From positions 82,090,001 to 82,154,000 of the forward strand of contig NC_087436.1 in NCBI RefSeq assembly GCF_036321535.1: DNA of 64,000 nt. Reading direction: 5' to 3'. A program made the position numbers and the translations under genes. Positions 35,678 through 49,407 of this stretch are shown here, in pieces. The notes below the pieces were generated by a model. The model did no database searches and was not told the origin of the DNA. It was given only the letters and a program-made list of their open reading frames with translations. How positions within the stretch are numbered: position 1 is the first letter of the stretch; every line of letters begins with the position of its first letter. This DNA is from Camelus dromedarius (Eukaryota).

Positions 35678-38600
35678 TTTTCCGTTCCCTTATAAAATGG
35701 GGTTAACAATACTGTGGTTTCTCCTTTACTGGGTAGTTGGGTAGATTAAAGGTACTGAGATTTGGCAAGTACTTGGAGCAGAATATGAGAAGTGCTGTAT
35801 AAATATTTACCATTACTCCTGAAAAAAATTTTTCCCTTTTTATAATGGTAAGTATTGTCTTATAAGATGAAATAATTGCTTTACTGAGGATCCCTAAGTT
35901 TGATTTTGTTCTGAGAAATTTATTTAATGGGTCTAAATTCTAAAATGGGGATAATACATTGTGTGATATTTTACCAGTCCATTGGGGAATGAGGCAGAAA
36001 CACTACCAACATTCATGTGCTCTCGCATGTGTCTTTGCCTCCTCAGGTTACACAGAATCACTGACTAATTCTGTCCAGTGGGCTGTCTATGGGAGTTACG
36101 TACGGGTATTTCTGGACTGACGCATTTAAGTGGCTCTGTGAGACCCTCCACCTTTCTTTTTTACTGTAGTAAACCTTTTAGCCACATTTGGAGATAGTGG
36201 AGCTTCCAACTTGAGTTTTTTCCAGCTTAGGTTTCTCGATACAGAGAAAAGCTCCCTGCCTACCCCCTCCCCCATATACAGTAGACACAAAGAATAAGCA
36301 TGAAATAAGTTTCTGTTCTGTCAAGCCCCCGCTGAAACTTTGGGGTTAATTTGCTACTGTAGCGTTACTTAGACTATCCTTACTATATTTCCAGTACCTA
36401 TAATATCTGCCTACCGTGAGAAATTTGACAGTCAGTTATTTTAAAACATAAGCTCTGGGTCTACATATGTAAAGCTAGACCTGGAGCTTGCATTCTGTTA
36501 AGGGGATATAAGCAATTAACACCTATTTATGTTTGTATGTATTTATTTATTTAGCACAAGGTAATTGCAGATGGTAGTACATACCATGGAAAGATAAGGG
36601 TGGCCGGCACTGTTATTTTTCCTCCCTGATGTGCATTCCCATTTTTTTGTTGCTAAGAGAACCTTGATTGTGTGTGTGGAATGACACCGTGCCCAGCCTT
36701 AGGTGATAGATCATGTTTGTTCTCGGTCAGTGGTAACAATTTGTATCCTGATTTACCTGCTTCCCCTGCAGCTGGAGGAGGCCATGTGACCTAGTTCTGG
36801 TGTTTAGATAGCAAAGGTTTGGGGAAGGATTTTCCTTCCCTGACAAAAGGAGACAGAGGTGGCTGACACAGCCGCACCTTTCTCCTCTCATCTACCAGCC
36901 TGGAGTGTTGATTAGATGTCTGGTTATGGCAGCAACCTTTTTGTGCCATGAGATGACAAGCACAAAGGCAACATGCTAAAGATGGTGGAGCAAAAAGAGC
37001 CAGCGTTCCCAACGGCCTCACTGAACAGCTAAAATTATACCACTAGCCACCCTCCTCTAGACTTGCTGTGGGAGAAGTGTAAACCTCTGATAATTAAGTG
37101 GTGGTTCTTGCAGCTAGACACACATGGAGTACAATGGAGTGAGCATGGGTTGGCTGGAGGGCACAGCGCTGCTACGCTGGCAGCTGTATTCAGGGGAAGC
37201 TGCTCTGAGAATGTGTCATTGATCTGAGACCTGAATGATGGGAGGGAGCTGATGAGATGGGGGATGCGTACTTGAGTTTGGGGGCAACATCAGAGCCCCC
37301 TAGAGAGAGGATTTGAAGTAGAGAAGAGATAGTTGGAGAAATCACATTCCATTGTGGATTTCTAAGCTTGTGGACTTCGTGTGGCACTGGAGAGCTAAAG
37401 GAATTGGAGGTGATCAAGTCATTTTGGGGCCCTGGGAGATTATGAGCTGCTTGCGGTAAATTTCTGGAGAATTCAGATGAAAACAGTGTATGACCCATGA
37501 CTCATTCCTGACACTTTGCCAGTTACCAAGAGACTGTTATTCCTGAAGGGTATGTGTGGAGAAGGGGAAGTGGATCTGACTAGCGACTACTGACCAGGCG
37601 GGGCATCTTCTGGCCTCTGGATCGTTATTTTCCTCATACTCCCCTTTGGAAACTGGGTCGTGGTCATGGGGCTTTGAGATCTGCTTAGCACTGTTTGTCC
37701 AGTTGAAAAGCTTCTCTAATGTATGGCTTGTCTCAAATATGTGCTTTGGTTGGCAGAAAAATAACCAGAACAACCACTACAACCATTTATTGAGTGCTTA
37801 CCATGAGCCAGGCATTGTGCTAAAAATCTTGCACACATTTTATTGAACCCTCTGACAACCCCATGAAGCCCCATATCACTGATGAGAGGCTGAGACCTTG
37901 GGGAAGAACAGTGATTTCTTGATTTTCGTATAGCTGATAGGTTGTAAAGCAGGCCTTTTAACCAGCATATCACAAAGATTCCTAAGAGCAGGTTCCCCAG
38001 AAATACAGGGTTGGCAGCACTTAATGACCTAGAACAGAATATTTGAAAATATCCTGAATCATTTCTTGGTATTCTTCCTCCTTTTTTTTTTTTTAATTGT
38101 AATTATATAATTATATATGTGTATGGTGTGAGTGTAAGACTTAAAAAAACAAGAAAAAAATTTACTTGAAATGTTTTACCTGCTATTTTGGGAGGAAAAG
38201 TAGTTTGATATACATGACATTTTAATTTCTGAATAAATTTGCATTGCAAGAGGCTGGAAGGACTATAGAAGGGTCACTTAGATAAATCTGGCAGGGTGCA
38301 TGCCTACATGAAATTTAGTCTGCTTCAGTTACATAAAATGTAAGATAGACATTGCTGACTTAAATAAGAACTGCTGTGTATTGAGTGCTTTTCATATGTC
38401 AGTGTGCTGGACGTTTTAGCTAGCTGTTACAAAGCACTCTCCTCAGTAACTCTGTAAAAGAGGCTGTTTTCCATTTTACAGATGGGAGCATCACTGAGGC
38501 TGGTAGGGCTTAATTTGCCCAAAGTGGTCACCTGTCTCCCTTGAACTTACTTTCTGTGTGTTATACAGCCCTGCTCTGTCTTTTAAATAGAGCCGAGTTC

Positions 38601-39588
38601 GTATCTTCCCTGCTTGTTTTAATGGAAGGACTTTAAACTGCCCCCTCATTTATTATTCTACTTTGTCTTTATAATCTTGTGACAGTGATATAAAAATGTA
38701 TGAAAACATTGGGAAGAACTTCTGGTTTCAATATTTATGATCTGGGACATCCATTCCCCCCCATCTCCATATTTAGAAAGAAAAATGTTTACACAGGTAA
38801 TAAAGGATTCATAGTATGCATAATAAAAGATGAAAGTGCCCCTTTCCAGAGAGTGGTTGTGTGCGTGTGTGTTATATGGGTATGTGTTATGCATAAATAT
38901 AAAAAGAAAGCATTTTCTTTTTAAACAAATTGGCTCACATTGTACATTTTGTTCATCTTGTTTGGAGAAACCTATTCTTTTTGATGCTATATTGCATCTC
39001 ATTATGATGTATCATAATTTATTAACTATTTCTGTGTCAGTAGGTGTTAGGTGGTTACCGGTTTTCTTGCTATTATAAACATTTTATTGCACAAATCTTG
39101 TACAAATGTGAGTATTTTTAAGAAAGTCTTTGAAGGAGACATTAACTGAAGCATATACTAGTTGCCTTTCTTAGCAGCGGTTTAGGGTAGTAACTTCCTG
39201 GCTACAAAAGATCTCCATTCTAGCCTAACTAACCTTGTATCTGGGTTGCACTCCATGCAGCTGTGCAAATCATATGTACATCATCACCCAAGCAAACTTC
39301 CATAGGCTGAATCTGGTTGTTCCTGCGAGACTTAAAGAGTCAGTAATCTGGCAATGCTGCCTCCTTGCCCCTGACTGTGGGAAAGGATCAAGCCTCCATG
39401 CAAAGTTACGAATTTGAATTGTGCAGACGAGGCACTGGCTGCATGGAGGGGCCAGATTCCTCAGAGAATATGTCTTTCACTTTGTACTTAACTCATCTAC
39501 CCAAGAAACCAGTAGAGAGACCCAGGGATTCAGCTGACTCCTTTAGTCTTGGACTCATCAGTTTCTAGGACCATTAAAAAAAAATAGG

Positions 39589-39697
39589 CTGTCTGTCTGT
39601 CTGCCTGCCTGCCTGCCTTCCTTCCTTTTTTTTCTTTCCTCCATCCCTCTCTTCCTTCCTTCCTGTCTTTCTTTCTCTTCCTCCCTCCCTCCATTCT
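39589..39697. repeat. Compound (TCTG)(CCTG)(CCTT) pyrimidine-rich microsatellite
   Basis: Direct reading. Confidence 0.85.
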
Positions 39698-41870
39698 TTC
39701 AGCAAAATTGAATGGAAGGTACAGGGCTTTCCGGTAGACCTCACTGCCCTCCCCCGGGCTCCCCTGTAATAAGCATCTCCCACTAGAGCGGTTCATTTGT
39801 TACAGTTGATGAACGTCGACACCCAGAGTGCTAGACCCTCGTTTACTATTCTCTGCATGGCTTGCTCCTCCCTTCCTTTAAGCCTTTGCTGAAATGTTTC
39901 CTTCTCTGACCACTCTGTAAAATTGCAACACCTTACCTCCTTTCCTCTCTGGCACTCTTCGCTTTTCACTTTGTTTTTCTCTATAATACCTTTTAAAATC
40001 TAACGTCTATATATTATATGTCATCTTTGTTCACCTCCTTTAGTTTGTAAACTCAGTGATGGCAAGTGCTTGTTTCCTTCTCTCTCACAGTAGATGCTCA
40101 GGAAATATTTGTTGGTTCAGTGAGTAAATGAGCAGAACAAGTGAACTCAGGACCACTCTCTCAGGTTGGCATCCCGCAACAGCCCAGCCTGCCTCCTCCC
40201 ATAGTACTTTCTCATTCTCCACCAGTGGGCCCCGGGGAGGCTGCTGTTGGGCTGCAAGGAGATGGGGCATCTTCATTGGAAGGGTTGTGCTGGGGACAGC
40301 CATCGTGGACTCTTGAGAAGACTTTACAGTGTTAGGAAGATTAATGCCAAAATGAATGCCTACTATTTTATCGATCACTTGTTGTGTGCCAGCCCTGCAA
40401 GTCAAGAGGCAAAGCGAGAGAGCATGGAGGTGGGGGCGGGGAACAGTGAGATAGAAGGGTAGGAGGAGAGAGAGAGAAAGTGAAGTTGGGGAGGAAGGCG
40501 GGGTGAAAGGAGGGTAGGAAAAGAAGAGCAGGAAGAGAAACAAAAGTGTTCGAGAGAGGGAAGGTGAGACAGTAACAGGGTGGGGGTGGGAGGGAGACAA
40601 TTTGGGTTTGAATTGGAGAGCTTAGGAAACTTGTCTAGGGCCACTACAGCTGGCTGGAGGAGTATCCTACTCCGAAGCATGTTTGGCCCTGAAAATTTCA
40701 GAGCTCTAGTGTGAGGTTAATTAAAATGTTTGTAACATCCATGTTGCATTCTTTTGGGGGAGGAGATAGTGACAAATGAAATCTACTATTATGAAAACAT
40801 TGTGGTCAGCAAGTCAGCAATTTTAATTTCATGGAAAGAGAGAGATAAAAGACGGTATCAGGAGTCCCAGTAGAGCTGAAGGACTCTCATTTGGTTTTTC
40901 TCCAGCGTTAGGCAAAAAGTGTAACAGTTAGCCTCTTAAACATAGCAGGCTAGCTAAAATTGCTACAAATTAAATGTCATGTTTCCATTTGTATCAATTA
41001 GTTTATTAAATCTGTGCTAAGATAATTTAGTAACATACCCTTTGCCTTAAGGATGTTTGAAAAAATAGGAACTATTTAAAGCAAGTTAGGATAAGAGCAG
41101 TAAATTCACAAATACATACAAGGAAGGGAAAAGGAAACAGCTGTTGATAGTGTTGACCATAGAGAGCTGGTTTCTAGAGATATACAAGATAGTACCAAGG
41201 CCATCTGCCCAGGTTGGATAACAACGTTTTTTAACCAGTACTGTTTTGAGAGAATGCTCCAGAATTGCTTTGGGGATTAAATATCTTTTATGAGTGGAAA
41301 TAAAATCGAAAACTTGCCTCATCAAAAATTTGGCCCACTTTTTAAATTCAGTGTTGAATTCTTATGTGATGATTAACTGTTCATTTTCTTTCTCATCCAT
41401 ATTATTTTACCTTTTTTCCTTTTGATTGTAGTGAGGTTGTTAAGACCACTTGTTACGTTAGGCAAACTGCATATATATACTTATATATAAAATGGACTAT
41501 TTAGTATACGTGGTATTCTTATGTACCTTGCAACTTTAATGTTTACATGAAATGTCGTTTTCAAAAGGGCTTTACACAATGCTTGGCACAAAGTAGACAC
41601 TGGGGAAATGTCACTTCCTTTCTTCCTCCTCATGATAAATTTGTGCACATTTTTCCCTTGCTGAAATTGCTTTGAGTAGCAGCCTTAAAATTAAAAGTGC
41701 ATTTGCCCTTTGCTATATGCTAGTCAGTGTGTACATGCAACTTGGTAAGAAACATTCTCTTATTCAAATAAGAACTCTGAATTCTGTCTCCAGTAAGATT
41801 TCTTGCAGGTCAGGTGTACCGGTGAGCTTACTTAAGGGCTGATCTTCACAGGCTGCTGTTTCTCTTTCAG

Positions 41871-41897
41871 ATGAATAGACTCATCGCTTTCCACTGA
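41871..41897 (+). other. Upstream ORF MNRLIAFH* in the AFF1 5' UTR
   Basis: ATG is the first three bases of exon 2. TGA at 41895-41897 lies 9 nt before the main ATG, in the same frame. Confidence 0.7.
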
Positions 41898-41906
41898 CTG
41901 GCAGCA

Positions 41907-41944
41907 ATGGCATTTACCGAAAGGGTCAACAGCAGCGGCAACAG
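41907..41944 (+). CDS. AFF1: AFF1 (AF4/FMR2 family member 1) first coding segment, long isoform N-terminus MAFTERVNSSGN-S, in exon 2 (41871-41944)
   Basis: ATG GCA TTT ACC GAA AGG GTC AAC AGC AGC GGC AAC AG|gtaacc matches the recalled N-terminus of human AFF1 long isoform (MAFTERVNSSGNSLYNDD...). Acceptor tttctctttcag|41871, donor at 41945 (phase 2), good Kozak (gcaATGG). Confidence 0.93.
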
Positions 41945-44900
41945 GTAACCATGAAATCCATGATTCAAAGATGTGATAATATTTAATTTTATAATCTGTT
42001 TTTCAGAGAATAAGTTTGGTCCTTTTAATTTTTGTGACTTATGAACTCTCTGGTGCAGGAAAACATGAAAATTTGTTTTCTCTATGTTAAATCAAACCTG
42101 TTAGACTGGCTGTATACTTTCTTTCAATCTAGTGCTCGCTGAGTCTCTTAACTAGTTTCTTAACATGTGGATGTTAGATTAGCATCCTAATTCTGTGTTC
42201 AAGGTACTGGTCCATATCACACTGATTGGGAAAATGTTCACAATTCAGCTTGTGCTGAAACAAATGTCATGATGAAATCTGTCGCATGAGAGCCTTGAAT
42301 CAGGGAATTCTGTCAGTTACATTTTATGACTTTCACGTCTTTCCCTCCAACTCTGTACATAAAGTTAACTGCCTTGCATATAGTACACAGTCAGGGTTGG
42401 TTGAGGGGAGTGTATTTACATTCTGAAGCAGTTATTAAGAATAACTCGTTTGATACCCAGAAGGAATTCTTAATATCACTGACCAGTTTTTATTTATACT
42501 ATGAGATATTCAAATACATATGAAAGTAGGAGACATTTTTATCGAGTAATAGATGATGGAGACTGTAATTCTGGACCATCCTGATGCTCTCCTACTGCCT
42601 CTTCCTTTCTGGTTCATTTCGGAAATCCTTCCTGTATTCCAGGTGGTCCTGGTGATCCTGTTGTTCAACTTGGTACACTCTCCTCCCTCACAGAGGAAAG
42701 CGTGTAATCCAGGCTGCGGCAGTCCACATTCTGCTAGAGCCAGAGAGGAATCTGTTATCATTCATGTTTTTTTTTTTTTTCTTTTTTTTAGGCTTGTTCA
42801 TAATATTCGGTTCCACATAAGTTTTACATTTTTATGTAGTTAAATGTCTTGTCTTTTATGGATTCTGGTTTTGATTGTGCTTAGAAAGGTCTTTCCTACT
42901 TCAAGATTGTGAAAATAATGTCATGTGTTCTCTGCTGGCACTTGAAAGGTTTCGTTTTTTGCATTTCAGTCAGAACTTGTAAGCGGGTGGCCAATGGGAC
43001 AGATCTGGTCAACAGATGGGTTTCATTGGGCCCCTCACAGTGCTCTAAAAAATATATATCTGCCAAGGATTTTTACGTGACAATCTAGACTCCTATCTTC
43101 TCTTGAAAAATTTAAGGTTGAACAGTGTTGGGGAGCACTCGGATGGAATTGAGTAGTTACTGCTCTTTGAGAGAAGGTGTGAGCTTTCTAATTTCAGAAC
43201 TTGTCAAGTGGTGTGCCATCCGTTCTTTTCAGGTGAGCAGAGATGTTGCTCTCTCCAGCCAGAACTCCCAATCTTCCAACTCATTCCCTCTTGCAGACAC
43301 CTGCTTTGTCAGCTTGCCCCAGAGAGACCTGATTTAAAGAAAGGCTGGGAAAGCACGGATGCCTTCTAGTTCACCACATTTTTTCCCACACAGCCGGATT
43401 TACACACCTCAGCTGCTTCGCCCTCTTGAGACCCATTTTAGATCTTTGACTTTTTAGTATTTTGATCTATCTGTAATTAATTTCAGTGTAAAGCGTGTGT
43501 TATAAATCTCCATGTTAATAAGAAAATGAAAAGGTCTAGGGATGTTAGGGAGCCCTCTGTTTTTTAAGCAAAAGGCTAGCCAGTTGTTTCAACTTGATTT
43601 ATTAAATCATCTGTCTTTACTGATTTGAGTGCTATGTCCAAATTACATCACATTTTTGAGTTTATTGTTGGACTCTTTTGTTCCTTTGATTGTCTCTTCT
43701 GGCAATGGTGCTATATATTTCATTGTATTTTTATAGATCTTAATATTCACGCAGATTCTTTGTCATTTTCATTTAGAATTTTTATGGCTGTTCACATCTG
43801 ATTACATTTCCATGTGTGCTCTGAAGTCACTAGTCATTTTCCCGAAAAATTATTGTTGGCAGTTGAATTGAAGCCCCTTTGATTTAATCAATTGGATGAA
43901 ATTCTGTAGAATATTAAATCTGAGTCTTTCTACAAAGAAATCTAAATACCAGATAAGTGAAAATTTGAGAGGATGAAAAAATTTTTAATTTCACTTCCAA
44001 GATGTTTTGGAGGTATGATTTTTTGGCTGTTTTCTAGTTACTGATATTGCATCCAGGATAATTTCTGGTAGAAGAATCAATTATAATAGTTAACAGTATT
44101 ATCAGTGGCAAGATTAAAAAGATATTTTGTAGTCTGTTATTTACATACATTTTCCATTGTTGCTAATTATTAAGTTAGGATAGATAACTGTGCTTTGTAG
44201 TAACTCTCTAGCAATTACAGAGCTGTTTTTGTTGTTTGTTACATTTTCTCTTTCCAGCTCCTTACCTCCCTGATGTGCTTCTTTTAATTCTGATACCCAG
44301 TACAAGTGATAAGCTAGGGGAAATCCTAAGTGGAGCTCTATTTTTAATATATACCAATAGCTCACTTGTTTAAATGTTTAATCATGGTAGTTTAATCTTT
44401 CAGTAGTCCAGAAAAAAAAAAATCATCAAGTTCATGTAAAACTAGTCCAGGACTAGCACATATTTTAAAGGAAACGTGTGTTGAGTCAGCAGCTCCGCTT
44501 TCTCATACTGAATAGAAGTCTGAGTGTGAATCCTTACTTTGCTCAGGGCTATCAAAAGTCATAAATGTTGGACAGAATATTAATGTCATGCCTAAAGACA
44601 GTGTTTGTTTTAATTCTTATAAGTAATAGGCTTGTTCCTTGGTTTCCAGATTTATCGACATTGGACACTGCTGAACCTTTCTTTTTTCCCTCTCACCCTT
44701 CTTCTCCTCCTGTTTCTTCTTCTTTTTAAAAATTGTTATTGGAGTATAACAATCTGAAAAGGGCAGACGTTGTTAGTACAGTTCAGTGCATTTTCACAAA
44801 GTGAACACACTTGTGTAACCGATCATACCACAACAATACCAGCTCTCCAGAAGCCCCCCTGTGTCTTCCCTTCGGCTATGATCTCCCTCAAAGCCTGCCA

Positions 44901-46799
44901 CTGTTCTGACTTCTAACACCGTAGATTTGCTTTGCCTACTTTTGAATTTTTATTTAAAAGTAATATCATATATTCTTGTGTGTTGTCTATTCAGTTTTGA
45001 TGTTTATGTTTTTTATTTCATAAACTTAAATATCTTTAACATTTAAATGCCTTTATAATAATGTATTTTAAATTAGCATACTATTGTAGATTATAGAATC
45101 AACATTAAATTAAAAATTTTTTTCATCAACTTTCCATAGTCTAGTATGAGAATATAATTATCCTTACTTTTTTCCATTTTTCTCTCTATGCTCCAGCTGT
45201 TAGCTCTGCTTTTAGTTTTAAATTGTCCAGATTGATAGCCCATTTTATTTTATAATTATCTGTACCCTTGCAAGCTTTGTCTTTTAATTTATAATAAAAG
45301 CTTGAAAACCCAATAAACTTTATTACATTATTCTGACTGGGAAGCAAAGTAGTGTTTAGGGTTTCATTTCTCCTCTTTGGGTTCAGAGTCAACCCAAGTA
45401 CCACTTGAAAGAGAAGATTCATATTGACCAGGACAAATGAACTCTTAAGCTGAATAAAATTGTTCAAATTCGTGCCACATTTTGAATTGCTTCATCTTTG
45501 GATGGTGTTTTTATTTTTCTTGGAGTTTTTAGTTACTTTTTTTCCCTTGTTGTAAGAGAGAACATGAGTCTTTGCTATTTCACTAATGTGTCCCCTTCTC
45601 ACCCTCTGTTTGTGTTAGGAGATCTGCTGATGTGTTTCCCTGTTTGGGGGAAGATTTGAGGGGTTGAATATTGTGAACCCTGATTCATAGTACTGTGGTC
45701 CTGAAAGCTCCACCCCCCTCCCGAGGGTCTGAAACACCATTTAACTCTCCTAATTGAGAAGAGTCCTCAATTAGTGAGGAAGCTACAAGGTGTTAAGCTG
45801 ATTAGCACCTATTATACGGACAGATTTTCTTTGTGTGAGTAAATCAGGGGCCTAACTTCCAGATGCTTACCAGAGAGATTAATAGCTGCAGGCCGTGTTT
45901 TCCTGAAACAGTGATTGGCCTGGACGTTGTAAATAATCCACACCTGGAATGGTGAAATTTCCTGTGTTCCCCAAGCAAGTTGTTTTAGGTTTGATTTACA
46001 AGTGCAATAATGTTTCTTATACAGAGCACATTGTTTCCCTTTATTTCAGAAAATAGTTCCTAACTCTTAAGTGTGTGTCACTGTCATATGTGGTTGAAGA
46101 TGAGTCACTCAGTGTGATGGGTTTAGAAGAGGAAATCGTTTTCAGAATTAGTTATTTCCCCAAGAGACAGTTAAATTTGGGGGGCAAAGACTAAACTGTA
46201 GAAGTATTGAGTAATTCCACCCGTAAGATCTGGTTGACCTGTTGCTGCACGTGTGGTGCTGTGAGCTTGAGTGTGGGACTCTGGAGCCAGACAGCGTGTG
46301 TTCAGTTCCCTGACACATTGGTTACTTGGATGAATTGGTCAGCTTTTAAAGCCTCATTAGAATGAGGATAAGGAGAATAATGTATGTAAGTGCTTATCAC
46401 ACTTCCTGCCTGGTAGATCATGAATTCTCGATAAGTTATTAGTTCTATTGCTCTGGTGACAATGTTAGAGTGGTTGGTGGGTTTCAGGATAGTGAGTACC
46501 TTCCTCAGTTCACCTCAAGGAGAAAGGCTTTTTTTAGAGGCAACTCTTTGAATGGAAGGGATTCCTTTGTGAGCAACTCCAAGAATAGTATTCATCGGAA
46601 GGCGCATGATAGAGGAAACAGATCTTTAGAAACAAAACACAAAGCGTTTGTTTATTTGCGGGGCATGTGGATACACTTACAGGTTTTACTGTGGTCTGTT
46701 TTACATTTAATATTGGCTGTGAGACTGTCCTGAATTACACGAACTGTAAGAACACTGCTGCATAGTATTTTCTTTTTTACAAGTAGCAAGTGTTAAAAA

Positions 46800-47300
46800 A
46801 AAATCACTCATTGAGGTATAATTTACATGCCATTATATATACAATTTAATGATTTTTAGTAAAGTTACTGAGTTGTGTAGTCCTCTCTACAATCCAGATT
46901 CAGAATTGCACCCTCGATGGATGCAACTGCCTGTGTCTCACCCCCGACCCCAGGCAACCATTAATCTACTTGATACTTTTGCCTATTCTGGACACTTCAT
47001 ATAAATGCAGTCATACAGTATGTGGGGTTTTTTTGTGTGTGTGATTGACTTCTTTCACTTAACATAAGGTTTTCAAGATTGATCCATGTTGTAGCATATA
47101 TCAATAGTTCATTCTTTTTTATTGTGTCAAATAATATTTCATTATATGGATATATACCAATGTTTTACTGTTCACCAAATTGATGGACATTTGAGTTGTA
47201 TCCACTTTTTGGCTATTATGAATAATGTTGCATGTATGTTTTGTTTCGGGTAGATATTTAGGGGTGCAATTGCTTTCTTGTATGGTAGATTTATGTTTAG
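46800..47300 (-). mobile_element. L1MB/MC-like 3' fragment
   Basis: attgaggtataatttacat...ctggacacttcatataaatgcagtcatacagtatgtgg...tgatggacatttgagttg. Confidence 0.8.
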
Positions 47301-47897
47301 AGTCATCTTTAGATTATTCTAAGTTCACAAGTCAGTGTGCCCATGGTCAGTTTCAGGTATATTTGTGTATGTTTTTTCTCTTTACCTTCAGCCCTGAATG
47401 CTCTACTAATGCTGTAGAGTTGGAGCAGAACAAACTAATATTTATTCAGTGCCTTCCACAGAATGGATTCTAGTCCAGGGAGTTGGCATTATATCATTTT
47501 AGGTGACAGTTTGGTCCTTGGTGGTGGATAAGATGGCCAATAAGTTGAATTGTTAAGGATTATACCATCTTTGTAGGAATGACAATTTTATACTATCCTG
47601 ATTTGGGGAAGAACCCTTTTCTTTTTGGAGGGTTCAGAATCCTTTTCTTCTAAAGCTAACTTCCTTTGGAATCTGTGGAACAGGTTTAGGAAGAAAGAAT
47701 TTGAGTTCCTTCCAGTTTCCTCTGTTTTTCAGAAGCCTGGAGGACGTTATTTCAGAACCTGAGTCTTGTTTTCTGTACCTCATGATAACCCTGTAATGTG
47801 GTCAGATCAGGTGGTGTTCTGCCTCATTGTGCTGGAGGAAGCAAAGACCTGGAGGAGTTAGCAGTTGAATGTGTGAATCAGACCATAGGGAATGCTG

Positions 47898-48138
47898 ATA
47901 AACAAGACTCTGCTGTATAGCCCAGGGAGCTATATTCAATAGCTTGTAACAATCTATTATGAAAAAGAATATGTATATGTAAAATATATATATATCTGAA
48001 TCACTATGCCCTACACTAGAAACTAACACAACATTGTAAATCAACTGTAGTCAATAAAAAAATTTTTGACAGCTCTTTAAAATGCTATATAATGAGACTA
48101 ATAAATAAAAACATTTGAGGTAATTTAAAGAAGGAAAA
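47898..48138 (+). mobile_element. 5'-truncated L1 with 3' transduction
   Basis: L1 3' UTR to ~48062, then ~75 nt of unique sequence with a second AATAAA; 18-bp TSD agac(ca/tg)tagggaatgctg (47880 / 48139). Confidence 0.8.
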
Positions 48139-49207
48139 AGACTGTAGGGAATGCTGGGGCAACAAGTTTGTTTTGGTGGGAAATTTTTAAATGACTATAC
48201 TAAACAATTTAACAACGTGAGGCGCTGTGCAGTTTCATTTCTGCCTTAGGCAAACAAGTTCGGATGCTTCATTTGATGGTGCCGTCTTCCTAACCTGTAG
48301 TGCAAAGTGCCACCGTTTTTGTTGATTTAAAATGACTTTAAAATGGTAGACGTTGGATTGTATGTGTTTACGTAGGTAAGATGTTAATAGATATGGTTAA
48401 GTGAACAGATTTTGTGAAAGCTCAGTTACTGAAAGCTTGGGGTGGTCCAAGACTTCTTGTTACAAGGAAGACAGTCTAAAGGGAGAAAATGAGGGAAAGG
48501 AAAGGAGGGGGTGTGGACAAGGGAAAGACAGAAGGAAATCGTGTGCACTGTAGCAGCAGTGAACAATTAATATTGGCCCTGATTGGGCACGATAACCTAA
48601 TTTAGTATAGACTTTATCATAGTTCTTGCCTACTCTTTTTTCTTTTCTTCACGTTAAAAGAATAAATTTTATCATAGACACATTTGGACATTAATACAAG
48701 TAGAGAGAATAGTTCATTAACTTTCAAATACCCTTTCCCCCAGATTTAACGTTTCTCAGTATTTTGCCACACTTAAAAAAAAAATCTATCCTTTTGCTTT
48801 TGTTCTTCACTGAAGTGCTTTAAGGCAAATCCCAGACATCTGCTTTTTCACTCCAGCGTACCTTATGTGCATCTCATTAAAAAAAAAAAAGGATATTTCC
48901 CTGCAGAATTGCATACCAGTCTCATGCCTAATAAACTAACATTTTAGAGTCATCTATTAATTATCCCATATCCAAGCTGCCCAGATTGTTTTAAAATGTC
49001 TGTTAAAGTTATTTACATCCTGATTGAAGCAAACCAAAGTGCATACATTGCGTTAGGTTTTGTCAATTAAGTCTTAACCTAAAGCATTTACCCTCCTTAT
49101 GTGATGGGGGAGGGGGTTGACTGGTGGAGGAAGCTGAGTTGAATGTATGTCCTACTTTGTGGATTTGTGTGGTTGCTTCCTCTTAATATGTTTTTATTCT
49201 TATGTAC

Positions 49208-49407
49208 CAGTGGTTCTCAGCCTGGAATAATCCCCCCCTCCCCAGAGCAGGGAGAATCTGACAATGTCTGGAGAGATTTTTCTTCGTCATAATCTGGCGG
49301 GTGGAGCCCAGGGATGCTGCTAAACATCCTGTAATGCCCAGGACGGCCCCCACCGCCAAGAATTTTCTGGCTCCAAATGTCACTAGTGCAGAGGTTGGGG
49401 ATCCCTG
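49208..49407. mobile_element. MER20 hAT element
   Basis: cagtggttctcagcc...aatgtctggagagattttt...ccagggatgctgctaaacatcct...ccaaatgtcactagtgc. Confidence 0.85.

Noticed and set aside
41809..41821. Possible 13-nt microexon (ttgcag|GTCAGGTGTACCG|gtgagc) before exon 2
   Set aside because: The following intron would be only 49 nt, too short for normal splicing to 41871.
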